Assembly: GCF_001194135.2 (NCBI RefSeq) | Contig: NC_069004.1 | Span: forward strand, 27,579,720 to 27,643,719 | Source of the DNA: Octopus bimaculoides | Lineage: Eukaryota | Direction: 5' to 3' | Length of the DNA: 64,000 nucleotides | Shown here: positions 1 to 12,489 of the stretch, one piece after another | Layout: each line of letters begins with the position of its first letter | How positions within the stretch are numbered: position 1 is the first letter of the stretch | Notes under the pieces: model-generated | Database searches by the model: none | Told to the model about the DNA's origin: nothing | What the model saw: the letters and a program-made list of their open reading frames with translations, nothing else | Translations under genes and position numbers: made by a program

Positions 1-184
1 TCATTGTCCAGTCTTATTTCTTAGGTGGCTTCAAATTTCTATAACCTTAGGTGGCTTCTAATTATGTATCATCTCGTTTAGTTTTATTTTTTTTATTTTA
101 AAAAATTTTAGCTATGTTTACAGCTCTTTTCCTCATTTAGAATATAATGGTTGGTTCTGCTTTCATAAAGACTTCATTTATTTA

Positions 185-1045
185 TCTATCTTTTACTTGT
201 ATCAGCCATGGGTCTGCGGCCATGCTGGGACTTTAATCAAACAAATTGACCATAATATTTATATCATTTTAAGTCTGGTACTAATTCTATTGGTCTTTTT
301 TGTGGAACCACTAAGTTACAGGGATGTAAACAAACCAACATTAGTTGTCAAACAGTGGTCTAGTACTTATTCAATAATTTTTTTTGTTGAACCACTAAGT
401 TAGAGGGATGTAAACAAACCAATAACTGGTGTGGGTGGGATTACTTTTTGTAAGTCTAGTACTTATTTAGTTAGACTTTTTTTGGTCGAGCTGTTAAGTT
501 AGAGGGATGTAAACAAACCAACGTGTGATATGGGGGAATTACTTTTCATAAGTCTAGTACATATTTTGTCAGTCTTTTTTTTGTTAAACTGCTAAGTTAC
601 AGGGATGTAAACGAACCAACAAATGCGGAGGGCCAAATACAGACACAAGGACACACACAATAGGCTCTCTCATAATTTCTTATTTCTTTATTGCCCACAA
701 GGAGCTAAACATAGAGGGGACAAACAAGGACAGACAAAGGGATTAAGTTAATTACATTGACCCCAGTGCATAACTCGTACTTATTTAATTGACCCCAAAA
801 GGATGAAAGGCTAAGTTGACTGTGGCAGAATTTGAACTCAGAACGTAGTGGCAGACAAAATACTGCTAAGCATTTCGCCCGGCGTGCTAATGATTCTGCC
901 AGCTCGCCGCCTTTCTCAGGCTCTCTCATGGTTTCTGCTTACCAAATTATTGGATGGTAAGGTACAGTGCAGTGGGAATGAACCCAAAACCATGTGGTTG
1001 CAAAGTGAGCTTCTTAACAACCACACAGTCATGCCTGCACCTGTG
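185..1045 (-). mobile_element. tRNA-derived SINE type C (head GGCTGTGTGGTAAGAAGCTTGCTT..., CORE-like ACCTTGGGCAAGTGTCTT segment), diverged, with internal tandem amplification and a nested type-B SINE
   Basis: Reverse complement matches the many C copies in the window (e.g. 25060-25460, 47045-47390); interrupted at 674-917. Confidence 0.8.
674..917 (-). mobile_element. Young full-length tRNA-derived SINE type B (5' GGCGGCGAGCTGGCAGAA..., tail ...GGGCAATAAAGAAATAAGAA)
   Basis: A-box-like TGGCAGAA and B-box GAGTTCAAATTC; 12-bp TSD AGGCTCTCTCAT at 662-673 and 918-929. Confidence 0.9.
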
Positions 1046-1411
1046 CAAAATATTCTTAATTAACTGAAATTTCTTTGTTAGTTGGAGAAAGGAAACAAAA
1101 TCCTAGTGACAATTGTTGGCAGTGCTCAGTAGTCCAGCGCCTTAACAGCATTATGTCACTGTAATCATTGTTCACTTCTGTTTATGAGCAGTCCTCTGAT
1201 GATAACTCTTCCTATTTAAGTTTCAATTCAATCTTGTTATTGGATATAAGTGGCTGTTTGAGAGAAACAGAATGATATATACAAATTTATGTGTATAATG
1301 CACTGCCAAATGATGGCTTTGAACAGATTTTCGAGTGTTTGGAACAAAATAAATTTTGATCAGCTGTTTCTAATTATAAGCTGATTTCTGATACTGTTTT
1401 CCCTATTAGAG

Positions 1412-1651
1412 CAGTGGTTCTCAGCCATTTTCTTTTACCTATAGACCCCTTTGATTCCTATTTTACTCAGGTGGACCCTCATAACCATTAAATTTTTAAA
1501 AACTCCTATTATTTTTAGAATTAGATATTAGGAATTGTATAAAACGATGTTAAAATATTTGGTGCATTGTAGAAGAATAAGGAATATATTGCTCATAATT
1601 TTTTTTTAAATCTTATATAGCGCCCCTCCCCAGGTCATATGAACCCCACTG
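1412..1651. mobile_element. Probable hAT (Charlie/MER5-like) MITE
   Basis: Starts CAGTGGTTCTCA, ends GAACCCCACTG (degenerate inverted terminus); 8-bp flanks not identical. Confidence 0.45.
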
Positions 1652-1876
1652 ATTTAAATATTAATGACTTGCAGGTGCACGATATTTCATTAAGCAACCA
1701 TAATATGCTACAAGGTATATTGAATGTTTTTATAAGTCAATTCCATGTTAGCAGTGCACATAAATCGTGTGTTAAGTGAAAATCTGTAGAGATGACCTTA
1801 CAGCTAGTTTAGGGTATAAATTTTGAGGAGGTGTGCTTGCTTTTGAGGAACTGTTGGTACCCGCCATTTTATGTAA

Positions 1877-2262
1877 TGCATTTATGTAGTATATAGGTGC
1901 AGGTGTGGCATATGGTAAGACGTTTGCTTCCCAGCCACATGGTTCTAGCTTCAGTCCCACTGCATAGCACCTTAGGCATGTGTTTTCTATTAAAGCCCTG
2001 GGCTGACCAAAGCCTTGTGAGTATATTTGGTAGATGGAAACTGAAGGAAGCCTGCCATATATGTGTATGTGTCACTGTCATGCAGTCAGTGTCCTTCATT
2101 TCCAGTCTCCTGTGCAACATCACACAGGGAAATATTGTTTTACTTGGAAACGGGTTAGGTGTGGCCACAGGAAGGGCATCCAGCTGTAAAAAAATTCTGT
2201 CTTCACAAGTTCCCTCCAACATATGCAAGCGTAGAAAAAAAGGATGTTAAAATGATGACAGA
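1877..2262 (+). mobile_element. SINE: type C head with the alternative tail ...GGAAGGGCATCCAGCTGTA...GATGTTAAAATGATGA
   Basis: Head matches other C copies; tail matches 12200-12410, 26750-26830 and 28790-28925. Confidence 0.8.
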
Positions 2263-2329
2263 ACTGCATTTTACCCAATCATTTCAGGCAGGAATTTTGA
2301 GAAGTTTGTTTTTGATGAACCTTTCATAC

Positions 2330-2990
2330 CTACCATTTTCTCATCATTTTAACATCGACTTCTCCATGCCTCCAACAGTTTACTGAGGTAGATTTTTTAT
2401 CGCCAAATGCCCATCCTGCCACCAACCCTATTCTATTTCCGCATAAAGTAATATTTCACCATGGTCAACATTTTCTCAAGGAATATTGGATATGCCTGAC
2501 ATTGTATGACAGTGACAATCATCTTACATCTATCATGCAATGTCACGACAAGGAGATACAAACATACACACACACAACGGTCTTCTTTCTATTTCTTATT
2601 TCTTATTTCTTTATTGTCCACAAAGGGCTAAACATAGAGGGTACAAACAAGGACAGACAAAGGATTAAGTCGATTACATCGACCCCAGTGCGTAACTGGT
2701 ACTTAATTTATTGACCACCGAAAGTATGAATGGCAAAGTCGACCTTGGTGGAATTTGAACTCAGAACGTAACGGCAGACGAAATACCGCTAAGCATTTCA
2801 CCCGGCGTGCTAACGTTTCTGCCAGCTCGCCGTCTTCTTTCAGTTTCTACTTACCAAAATCCACTCAGAAGGCATTGCTCAGCTATGGCTATAGTATAAG
2901 ACATTTGCCCAAGGTTCCACACAGTAGGTCTGAACTCAGAACCATGTCCTTGGGAAACAAACTTCTCTCACCACATAGCCACACCAGCAC
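2330..2990 (-). mobile_element. Type C-head SINE hosting a nested type-B SINE
   Basis: Reverse complement of C head at 2840-2990; alternative tail at 2330-2560. Confidence 0.75.
2590..2831 (-). mobile_element. Young full-length SINE type B
   Basis: Near-identical to 674-917; TSD GTCTTCTTTC at 2580-2589 and 2832-2841. Confidence 0.9.
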
Positions 2991-5639
2991 TTATGCAGAA
3001 TAATTAGCAAGGAGAGAAGCATTGTAAGCTTTAGCACAGAAATAGAGATCTTGTAAGCTAATTTTGTCACTATCTTTTCAACAGTTCTGTCATCAATACT
3101 TGTATTAAATAACAATGCCAGTAATAATAATGATTCTCAGCATTTGACTCGAAGCAAAGAATTTTTAAGAAAGATTATATACCCAATTAGCAACAACTCC
3201 AATAGATAAGTTGTTCTTATTTAATCAATCCTGGGGTGACTGAAGAAAAATAAATTAACCCTAATGGGAATTGAACTTACTACAAGGTGATGTAACTAAT
3301 TACTGCAATTCACCTAGTTACGCATTAACATAATGAAAGTGATGACTACAACTTCTTAAGTAGACAACAAGTCTTGGATTTTTTTTTTTAAAAGGTATTT
3401 GAATAGCATGGTGTTAATATGCCTCTGTAGGAACATTAGCGAAACGAGTCGGTAATTAATATTTTTGCGACTTCAATTTCTTAAAAAGACTTCTGTGTTT
3501 GGTTTTGTGCATCTTTACAGCATCTATAACGAAGTTAAATGAAATAGCATGCTTTCTCAATTAGTGTCTTTTAAATTTAATGTTCATTGCTAGCTATTGA
3601 AAAGTCATTTCAATTTCATATTGTATGTATGTATATGTGTGTGTATATATATATGTATGTGATATGCTATGCTAATTATCATAGCAATGTTTTGAATAGG
3701 GCATTGGGTTAAAACATTGTTGCATTTTCCCCCACTTTCTTCGTAATTGCTATGTTCTTTCATTTCTTTAGAGAAGGAATGAATCGTGCTGTTTGAATTC
3801 AATTTTGTAATTTCAACATTTGTGATAAAGTTAATTCATTTGCGAACCTCTTTAAGTGCAGGAGTTGTTCAATAATCGATTTACTGAAACTATATTGGGA
3901 GTTGTCAATAAGTGATTCTGGTTGTCATTCTGTTTATAAACAGCATAAATACTCAATTTTAAAATATGATTTTATTTTCACAATTTAAAATTTTTTTTTT
4001 TTTCACAGCCAGAGTGACATGTTCAAAAGTTGATTAACATATGTAAATGGTTAATGGGGGAACAAAAATTTCCATCATAAGATTTCATTCTCTTGTTTTA
4101 TAGCTTCTATATTTATACACTTGCCATCATGAGCTGAATACCCTAACCACTAAACCACATATCATTCAAATAATAGTTAAAATGCATTCTTCTTTAATAA
4201 TAAGAGGTCTGATATTGGAAATGGGGTACTGAAGACTTTTGGCGAATACACTGACCTAAATTTAGTGGAGAACACAGAAATACAGGAGATGATGTTAATA
4301 ATCCAATTATATCAAACTGCACTTAGTCAAAGTCAACATTTAGTTGTATTGCGAGACAAAAATCTCGTGTTTATTTGTTTTTTATTCTGCTTATTTATTA
4401 TTTGTTATTTTTCTCTATTTATAATTTATTTATTTTTTGTCTATAATGAGGAATCAGGAAGAAAATTTTTGAATAATTTATCTGAGAAGTCACTAATCTG
4501 AGATGACTAACATTAGCTGTGTTGAAACATATTTTCAGCGTATATATGTATATATATATATATGTATGTATGCATGTATGTATGTATGTGTGTGTATGTG
4601 TGTATCTGTGTGTGTATGTATGTGAGTGTGTGTATATATATATATGTATATATATATTGGAAATCAAAAAAAGTAAAGGCTTTTTATGAAAAGTAATGAT
4701 AGATATATACAGTTAGATGAACTGAGGTAGGAATAAAAGTCAGTATTGTGAATTGTTAAAGAGACTAACCTTTCAATTAATACCACTAACCCCCATACAT
4801 CTCATACATCCCATACACCCTTCACATTACAGATCTATATCTACCCTAATTGCACCAAATCCAGAACTACTTACCTCCCTTACACATGTTTTTACTCAAA
4901 GACTAGTAGACCTGAAACCGTTCAGTAAGCAGTGTGCATTCAAAGCAATGATTTGTAACATTACGAAACCGGTATGCTTTTGAATCTCTTTAACAATTCA
5001 CAATAATGACTTTTATTACTTTTATTCCCACCTCAGTTCATCTAATTGTATATATCTATTGTTACTTTTCAGAAAAAGCCTTTACTTTTTTTGATTTCCA
5101 ATGTGCATTTTCGCTTATTTTTCTTCTTACTTTCCCTCTACATTTTCAGGTGTAGTTTCTATTTTGTTTTTGTAACATATTTCTATTATATATNNNNNNN
5201 NNNNNNNNNNNNNNNNNNNNNNNNNNNNNNNNNNNNNNNNNNNNNNNNNNNNNNNNNNNNNNNNNNNNNNNNNNNNNNNNNNNNNNNNNNNNNNNNNNNN
5301 NNNNNNNNNNNNNNNNNNNNNNNNNNNNNNNNNNNNNNNNNNNNNNNNNNNNNNNNNNNNNNNNNNNNNNNNNNNNNNNNNNNNNNNNNNNNNNNNNNNN
5401 NNNNNNNNNNNNNNNNNNNNNNNNNNNNNNNNNNNNNNNNNNNNNNNNNNNNNNNNNNNNNNNNNNNNNNNNNNNNNNNNNNNNNNNNNNNNNNNNNNNN
5501 NNNNNNNNNNNNNNNNNNNNCCCCCACTTTGCACATTTTTGTAGTAAATATCCATTACACTGGAGATTTACTACTACTACTACTGCCACTGCTACTACTA
5601 CCACTATTACTACTACATCATCAAAAGTAATCTTCAATT

Positions 5640-5685
<46 letters not shown>

Positions 5686-6681
5686 GCCTTCTATTCTCTT
5701 TTGAAATCTGCACTTGAATTCTCTTGGCTTCTTCGTCTTATCTTATCCCCTCTTCCCACTACTCATGTTTCACTGTCACACAGCATTAGATCACTAACAC
5801 ACATGCTTTATGCAACCAGTCCTTTTTGTGTAGATAATCTCTTTCTCTTTCTCTTGTCTGTAGAAAACCAAAATACCTTAATCTCCTTTCATTCAGTGAC
5901 TACAACAAGCTCTAGATACTACTATGCTTTACAAAATGACTTGCTTCATAATAAACAAGAGATCTTCTCTCTGTTTATGTTGCCTAAACAACAGAAACTT
6001 ATCCGTTTCTTTTGATCCATAATTGCAGACAATTTCTATGCATGGATTTAAAAATACACTTATACTTACTTATATTTGAGAGTAAGTAGCAAATAGTAGA
6101 GATGCTGTCTCCATAGTATCAACAGACTGTCTTACTTAGTTGTCAAAATATATTGTTTGTACTGTTTCTGTGTGGTTGTTGTCATTGCTTCTAGTAAGTG
6201 TTTTGTTTAGAAATATGTCTGTTCTTTGGCATACTTTGCTAATCCCGCCCCATCTTCTCTTAATCTTCTGTAGTTTCTCCATTACTTTTTTTTTTTTTTT
6301 NNNNNNNNNNTTTTTTTTTTTTGTTCTTTTACCTTGAGTCATGCTGCTTGCATTAAATATCACTACCCCCACCTCCTCAAAAATAACCCTGATCTATCTT
6401 GAGCTAAGGAAATAACTGCTAAAGAAATTATCGGTTTATTAGGCACTTGTTCCAGTGCCACGCAAAAGCAGCTGTGCTGGTGTCACATAGAGGCACCCAT
6501 GCTGGTGCCATGTAAATGTGCTAGAGCCATGTAAAAAAGCACCCAGTACACTCTCTGAAATGGTTGGCATTGGAAAAGGCATCTAGCCATAGAAACTATG
6601 CCGAAGCAGATTGGAGCCTTAATTATCATTAAGTAACTTAGTTATCATTAAGCTTAGTTATCATTAGTAACTTAGTTATCA

Positions 6682-6809
6682 TTAAGCTAGTGTTAGGAAC
6701 ATAAATTGTGACTAAGGTTTGGTGGAAGATTATAATTCAGAGCTTTTGAAAACAAGACATTTGTACTACAGAGTCAGAGGTGGTTTTGGGCAGGTTGATA
6801 TAAAAAGGG
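6682..6809 (-). mobile_element. Partial piggyBac-like MITE, family 2
   Basis: Ends GGG|TTAA; reverse complement aligns with 51491-51708. Confidence 0.55.
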
Positions 6810-7174
6810 TTAACACCCTTTAGTTTAGAAATGCGAATCTATTTCTGCAATAGAAATCAAAATTTAGATTTTTTTTTTTATAGTAGGCATTTGCGATACA
6901 AAGTTCCGTGCTTTCTCTCACTCACTCAATTACTTACACCTTTGCTCTTTGTTGACCATAGGCAACCAATGACTTATCTCCACTGATCTTAAAGCTGGGC
7001 TTCCTTTTCTGTTCCTCTCCAATTGGGTCCCTATATCCGTTCAGATTTTGTTGCACCATGTCATGTTTGCCTGAAGGAAAGCCTTTCCCATGTCTCAATG
7101 GTTTTGAATTGTCATCAATGATTCTGTAACTCTGCTTTTTCCTAGGTAGGGATGTTGGTCCAATGCCAACCAAT

Positions 7175-7720
7175 TTTTACCTCTGGGAATAGGTAGTCCT
7201 TATTAATCTTGCCTCTGAAATTTGACCTATCCAGTGTGGGATGCCCTACAAGGAGCTTGCACTCCATTGACATAACATCAGAGTCACTTATTTTTACCTC
7301 TGGGAATAGGTAGTCCTTATTAATCTGACCTGAAATTTGACCTATCCGGTATGTGAGGCCCTAGCAGGAGCTTGCACTCCATTGACATAACATCAGAGTC
7401 ACTTATTTTTACCTCTGGGAATAGGTAGTCCTTATTAATCTGGNNNNNNNNNNNNNNNNNNNNNNNNNNNNNNNNNNNNNNNNNNNNNNNNNNNNNNNNN
7501 NNNNCAGGAGCTTGCACTCCATTGACATAACATCAGAGTCACTTATTTTTACCTCTGGGAATAGGTAGTCCTTATTAATCTTGCCTCTGAAATTTGACCT
7601 ATCCAGTGTGGGAGGCCCTACAAGGAGCTTGCACTCTATTGACATAACATCAGAGTCACTTATTTTTACCTCTGGGAATAGGTAGTCCTTATTAATCTGG
7701 CATAACATCAGAGTCACTGA
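7175..7720. repeat. Minisatellite, 117/115-bp unit, at least 4 copies, with an N-gap inside
   Basis: Anchor TATTAATC at 7201, 7318, 7433, 7573 and 7690. Confidence 0.95.
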
Positions 7721-8529
7721 GACACATAAACCACCACACTGCAACAGGGAAAGCTTGTGAATAAGACCCACTGCGAGGTCAGTGCTAATTCACAAGCTTA
7801 AACTGTCACCTGAGTAAATATCTCTACTGTGACTACCACCATCACTACCAACTAGCTTCTGGGTATTTTCACTAGAGTCCATCCCGATGCAAAAATTCGA
7901 ACTAGGTGTGAACATATAACAGGAAGGGTATATGTTTCAATAAATTCATGCTATACCAGCGTGGGAGAAAAACATGAACATAACAGTGGTGATGATGATG
8001 ATGATGATGATAATGTTGCTGTCTACTGCAGCAATCAGTGATTCATACTTCCCTCTTCCAATAATTTTGGATAATTTGTGTGTATTGTTCTTTCCCAACC
8101 CTGACTAAATCGTAAAATAAAACAAAAAGGAAAAAAACAAGCACAAAAAATGTGCCTGTTTTGTCATTCATATAAGGTCAGAATTCAATGAAACTTTGGG
8201 TGGATAGCCAAAAAGATAAGTGAGTAGTAGTTTTAATTGAGGGCAGTCTTTCAACATGAGTAAAAACGTGGTCAATATTGGGTGTAGCCAAACTAATTCA
8301 CTGTAAACAAGCCACATTTGATATTTGACACTGCATTGCCCCAAAAAATAGGTTGTATATTTTTTTGTTTTTGTTTTTTCATGTAATCTATTTTTAGAAT
8401 GTGGATTTATAAGAGTTATACGAGCATCAGATGAAATACCTTGTGGCATTTCTTCTTACACTATTTTCTGAATTCAAATCTTGTCAAGATCGCATTTGTT
8501 TTTCGTCACTCCAGCCTCGATAAAATGAA

Positions 8530-8935
8530 GTACTAATGAAGTACTGGGATTGATCATATTGACTAATGCTCTTCCCTCAAAATTGCTGGCTTTGAACCCA
8601 AATAAAAACAATTATACTATTAATGTGGTTTGGCAGAATCATTTGAGTATTGGATAAAATGCCTCATTTTGGCTCTTTACATTTTGGGTTTAAATCTTGC
8701 TGAGATCAACTTTGCCTTTCATCCTTCTAGGGTTGATAGAATAAAGTGGTTTTTGAACTCAGAACATGTTCTGAGTTCAAAAACCACGAAGGGCAAGTTT
8801 GCCTCTCATCTTTTCAGGGGTAAATAAAATAATACCAGTTGACCACTTCGGGTGGGAGGGGTCATTGTAATTGACGAATTCCTTTCCCTAGAATTGCTCA
8901 CCTTGTACTAGAATAAATGCAAAAGAATTATTATT
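8530..8935. mobile_element. Older type-B-related SINE copies (tail ...AGAATTATTATT), adjacent and in opposite orientations
   Basis: Core TTTGCCTTTCATCCTT...GATAAAATAAGTACCAG recognisable. Confidence 0.6.
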
Positions 8936-9484
8936 ATTATTATTCAACTATTGCAGGTAAACATTCTTTTTTCAGTCTGGTATTTTCTGTTGTATTTAGT
9001 TGATTTGATCATTTCCTATTGAAAAGTTAAGCTACCAGATTCCTTGCGACCATCATAAAGAGCCATCATCGTAAAATAAAAGCAATATAAAAGATGTAAT
9101 GGATTTTATAGGTTATCCCCCAAAGTACCACAAGACTTAAGCAAGAAGAATAAAATCGGTGCATAACCTTTATAATGACTTACACAATTCAGAAGTACTT
9201 ATAATACATTCATTCTGTTAAGATAGCCTCAGCAGCTTTTATTTCTCTCTTATTGCATTTATCACATTGCTTCTGTAACCAATCCAAGCATGTTATTGAA
9301 AGTCTTTATACGATCTCAACATGCTCGCAACTCGAGTGAAAAACTTTTTAACACTTGACTCGGTTTCTATACTGTTTCATATCGTTCTTAAAGAGAATCT
9401 ATTACACCCTTTCCAAGTTTGTGTATTTCAGAGTTTGTAGACTGGAAAACCAAAATAAAAAATGGTTATATATANNNNNNNNNN

Positions 9485-9534
<50 letters not shown>

Positions 9535-9837
9535 ATAAATTTCTATATACTTAATAGTAGGAAACCATTGTGAGAATGTTTTATCTTAATTGGAAACTTA
9601 TTGACATTACTTGGGAGAATCCCCCTCCTCCTGCCATTTGCCATCATCTCCTACCACTACCATCACCACCACCACCACCACAATATTGTTTTCATGATAA
9701 AACGAAATATCCTTCCTATATTTGGTAGACAATTACCAGCAAAATAGGCTTATATATAATGTAGAATATAGCCAATATTAATGATGTTATCACTGTGCAT
9801 ATATATATATATATATACATATACACACACACGTACA

Positions 9838-9880
<43 letters not shown>

Positions 9881-9948
9881 TTGGTTTCCCCTCCGCATTT
9901 CAAACTTTGCTAATTATGTAACTTTCCTTTCGTCATAGTATATGTATG

Positions 9949-9982
<34 letters not shown>

Positions 9983-10246
9983 TGTTTGCAAACCATTGTG
10001 ATTTCTGTTCGGGAGATAAAATAACTCTTATTCATAGCTTATGTTGTTTCTTTCTTTCCTTTTTGTTTTCATTTTTTTTTTTCTCTCTCTAATTCAAAGC
10101 TTGATAAATAATAACATTGACATTAATTTCCTTATCTTCAACTGGTGTAAATCTCAATTGAGATTATCATATATTGCCTTGTGCAGATATCATAATTTTG
10201 TTTTTTTTTGTTTTTTCATTTTTTATGGTTAGGTATGATATTGAGA

Positions 10247-10278
<32 letters not shown>

Positions 10279-10559
10279 GATGATAATAATGCAATCAGTT
10301 GTGGGTATGTGGTGTGAGAGAAATCTGTTATGGAATGTGATGCAATAAAGTAATACTGAGACTTGGCTATTTAATTCAAAAGATCTTTAAAGGCCAGGGA
10401 GAGACATCAGTTCAGTGTGACTTGTTTGATTCTCAGTGACAATTTGTATGGAAGAAAGGCACAGCCCAAGTGAACTGAGGGGATGGCTGGGTATTAACAA
10501 AGGCGTTGGTCCTTGTCATTAGGCAGGAGAGGCACCTGCACTTGTATAGACGTCTTATA

Positions 10560-11095
10560 GATGTTACTGTATGGCAAAGAAACTTGCTTCCCAACCATGT
10601 GGTCTTGGGTTCAGCTCCCTGTATGGCACCTTGCGCAAGTGTATTCTAGTATACCCTTTGGCTGGCCAAAGCCTTGTGAGTGGATTTGGTCGGTGAGAAA
10701 CTGGAAATCCATTGTATATATCTCTTTAAGGCAGCGAGCTGGCAGAAACGTTAGCATGCCGGGCGAAATGCTTAGCAGTATTTCATCTGTCTTTACGTTC
10801 TGAGTTCAAATTCCACCGAGGTCGACTTTGCCTTTCATCCTTTCAGGGTCAATAAATTAAGTACCAGTTATGTACTGGGGTCGATGTAATCGACTTAATC
10901 CCTTTGTCTGTCCTTGTTTAGCCCCTTGTGGGCAATAAAGAAATAAGAAACTGTGGAAATCCATTGTATATATCTCTCTGTCTGCCTGTCTACCTAACTC
11001 TCTGTCTGTCGTTCTGTCTGTCTGTCTGTTAACTAACTAACCTCTTCAAGGCTGTATCCCAGCATGACTACTGAAACAAGTAAATGATAAAAGCT
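10560..11095 (+). mobile_element. Type C SINE hosting a nested type-B SINE
   Basis: C head 10560-10725; tail remnant ...CCCAGCATGACTACTGAAACAAGTAA. Confidence 0.75.
10726..10953 (+). mobile_element. Young full-length SINE type B
   Basis: 24-bp TSD TGGAAATCCATTGTATATATCTCT at 10702-10725 and 10954-10977. Confidence 0.9.
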
Positions 11096-11304
11096 ACCAA
11101 GTACCATAATTTTCCTCTGAAGCCTAGAAGACCTAATTGAAAGAGATATTGTTACAATTATAATTTATTAAACCAGACCTAGTCTACAAGTAACACTTAT
11201 TTTATTTACCTTAGAAGGATGGAAACGAAATTGACTTCATTGAATTTTGAACTCAGAATGTGATGTTAAGAAATTCTGCAAGTCCATTTGAGCATCATTA
11301 TACT

Positions 11305-11625
11305 GCTTCATGGCTAAGTGGTTAAGGTATTTGACTCATGATCATAAGGTTGTGAGTTTGATTCCCGTCAGCATGTTGTGTCCTTGAGCAATGCACTTTA
11401 TTTCATGTTGTTCCAATTCATTCAGCTGGCAAAAATTTGTTGTACTTTGTAGTTCAAAGGGCCAGCTGTGTCACATTGTTTCCGTGTTGAATCTCTCTGA
11501 GAACTACACTAAGGATATACATGTCTGTGAAGTGCTCACCCACCTTTGCATTAATTATCCGAGTAGGCTATTCTATTGGTTGGATCAACTGGAACCTTCA
11601 TCGTTGTAACTGACAGAGTGCCAGC
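11305..11625 (+). mobile_element. tRNA-derived SINE type A variant with CORE-like middle (GTGTCCTTGAGCAA...CAGCTGGCAAAAA)
   Basis: Head and 3' half align with 16954-17339; middle differs. Confidence 0.75.
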
Positions 11626-12009
11626 TTTGATGTTTTTGCTTTGATATACAGCTTCAGTCATTTATAACTAGTGTTTATAAATCTTAGTTTCCATCATGTC
11701 CTAAGTGTTGATGCTCATCTCAAAAGAAATAACCTGACGTCAGTATGTAACTTCAAAAATTGTTTATGTTCTTTTCTATGTAATTCTAATCTTAAAAATC
11801 AAAGACTGTTTATCGATTTTTCTAGTTGAATGAAATTGAACTGTAAATTTGTGCTGCAGTTTTTAATTACATCATCATTGTCATTATCAGTTTAATGATG
11901 TTGAAATAAGTTACTTTTATAGCGATATATGTTGTAATCATCGAAGTTAAATGCAGACAAGTATTTATTCCAACAAGTTGTCTTAATATCCTAATTCATA
12001 CACTTGTAG

Positions 12010-12415
12010 GAGCAAGCATGGCTGTCTGGTTACGAAGCTTGGTTCCCAACAATCTAGTTTTGTGTTCAGTCATACTATGTGGCATCTTTGGTTATTATAG
12101 CCCTAGGCCAACCAAAACCTTGTGAGTGGATTTGGTGGAGAGGAAATCGAAAGGAGCCCATACTATATGTGTGTGTGTGTGTTTCCTTGTCTAGACGTAT
12201 GATGGTTGTATATGAGCACCTTCAACATACAATTTAGGTTGTTCCTTTCCAGTCTTCTGTGAAAAATATCTTTGACCACAGGGAAATATTACCTTGCTTG
12301 AAAACAGGTTAGGGTTGCTGATATGAAGGGCATCTGGCTGTAGAAAATCTACCTGGACAATATTCCATCTAACTCATACAACCATGGAAAAGTGAATGCT
12401 AAAAAAGGGTGATAC
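12010..12415 (+). mobile_element. Type C-head SINE with the alternative tail
   Basis: Similarity to 1877-2262. Confidence 0.75.
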
Positions 12416-12489
12416 TGAAGATTTTAATATCCAAATGTGTACATCTTACCATTAAAATTTCATACACTCTATACTAATATCCAAATTTA

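Noticed and set aside
5046-5643. Long ORFs spanning N-runs (also at 40225, 42218, 48944, 55658 and 60453)
   Set aside because: Open only because of assembly gaps and microsatellites
7175-7720. Regularly spaced repeats as a possible CRISPR array
   Set aside because: Eukaryotic context; whole units repeat with no unique spacers; no cas genes
8950-9450. Strong minus-strand acceptor at about 9442 followed by protein-like, CpG-containing sequence
   Set aside because: Stops in all frames and no good donor; probably a decayed TE, family not identifiable
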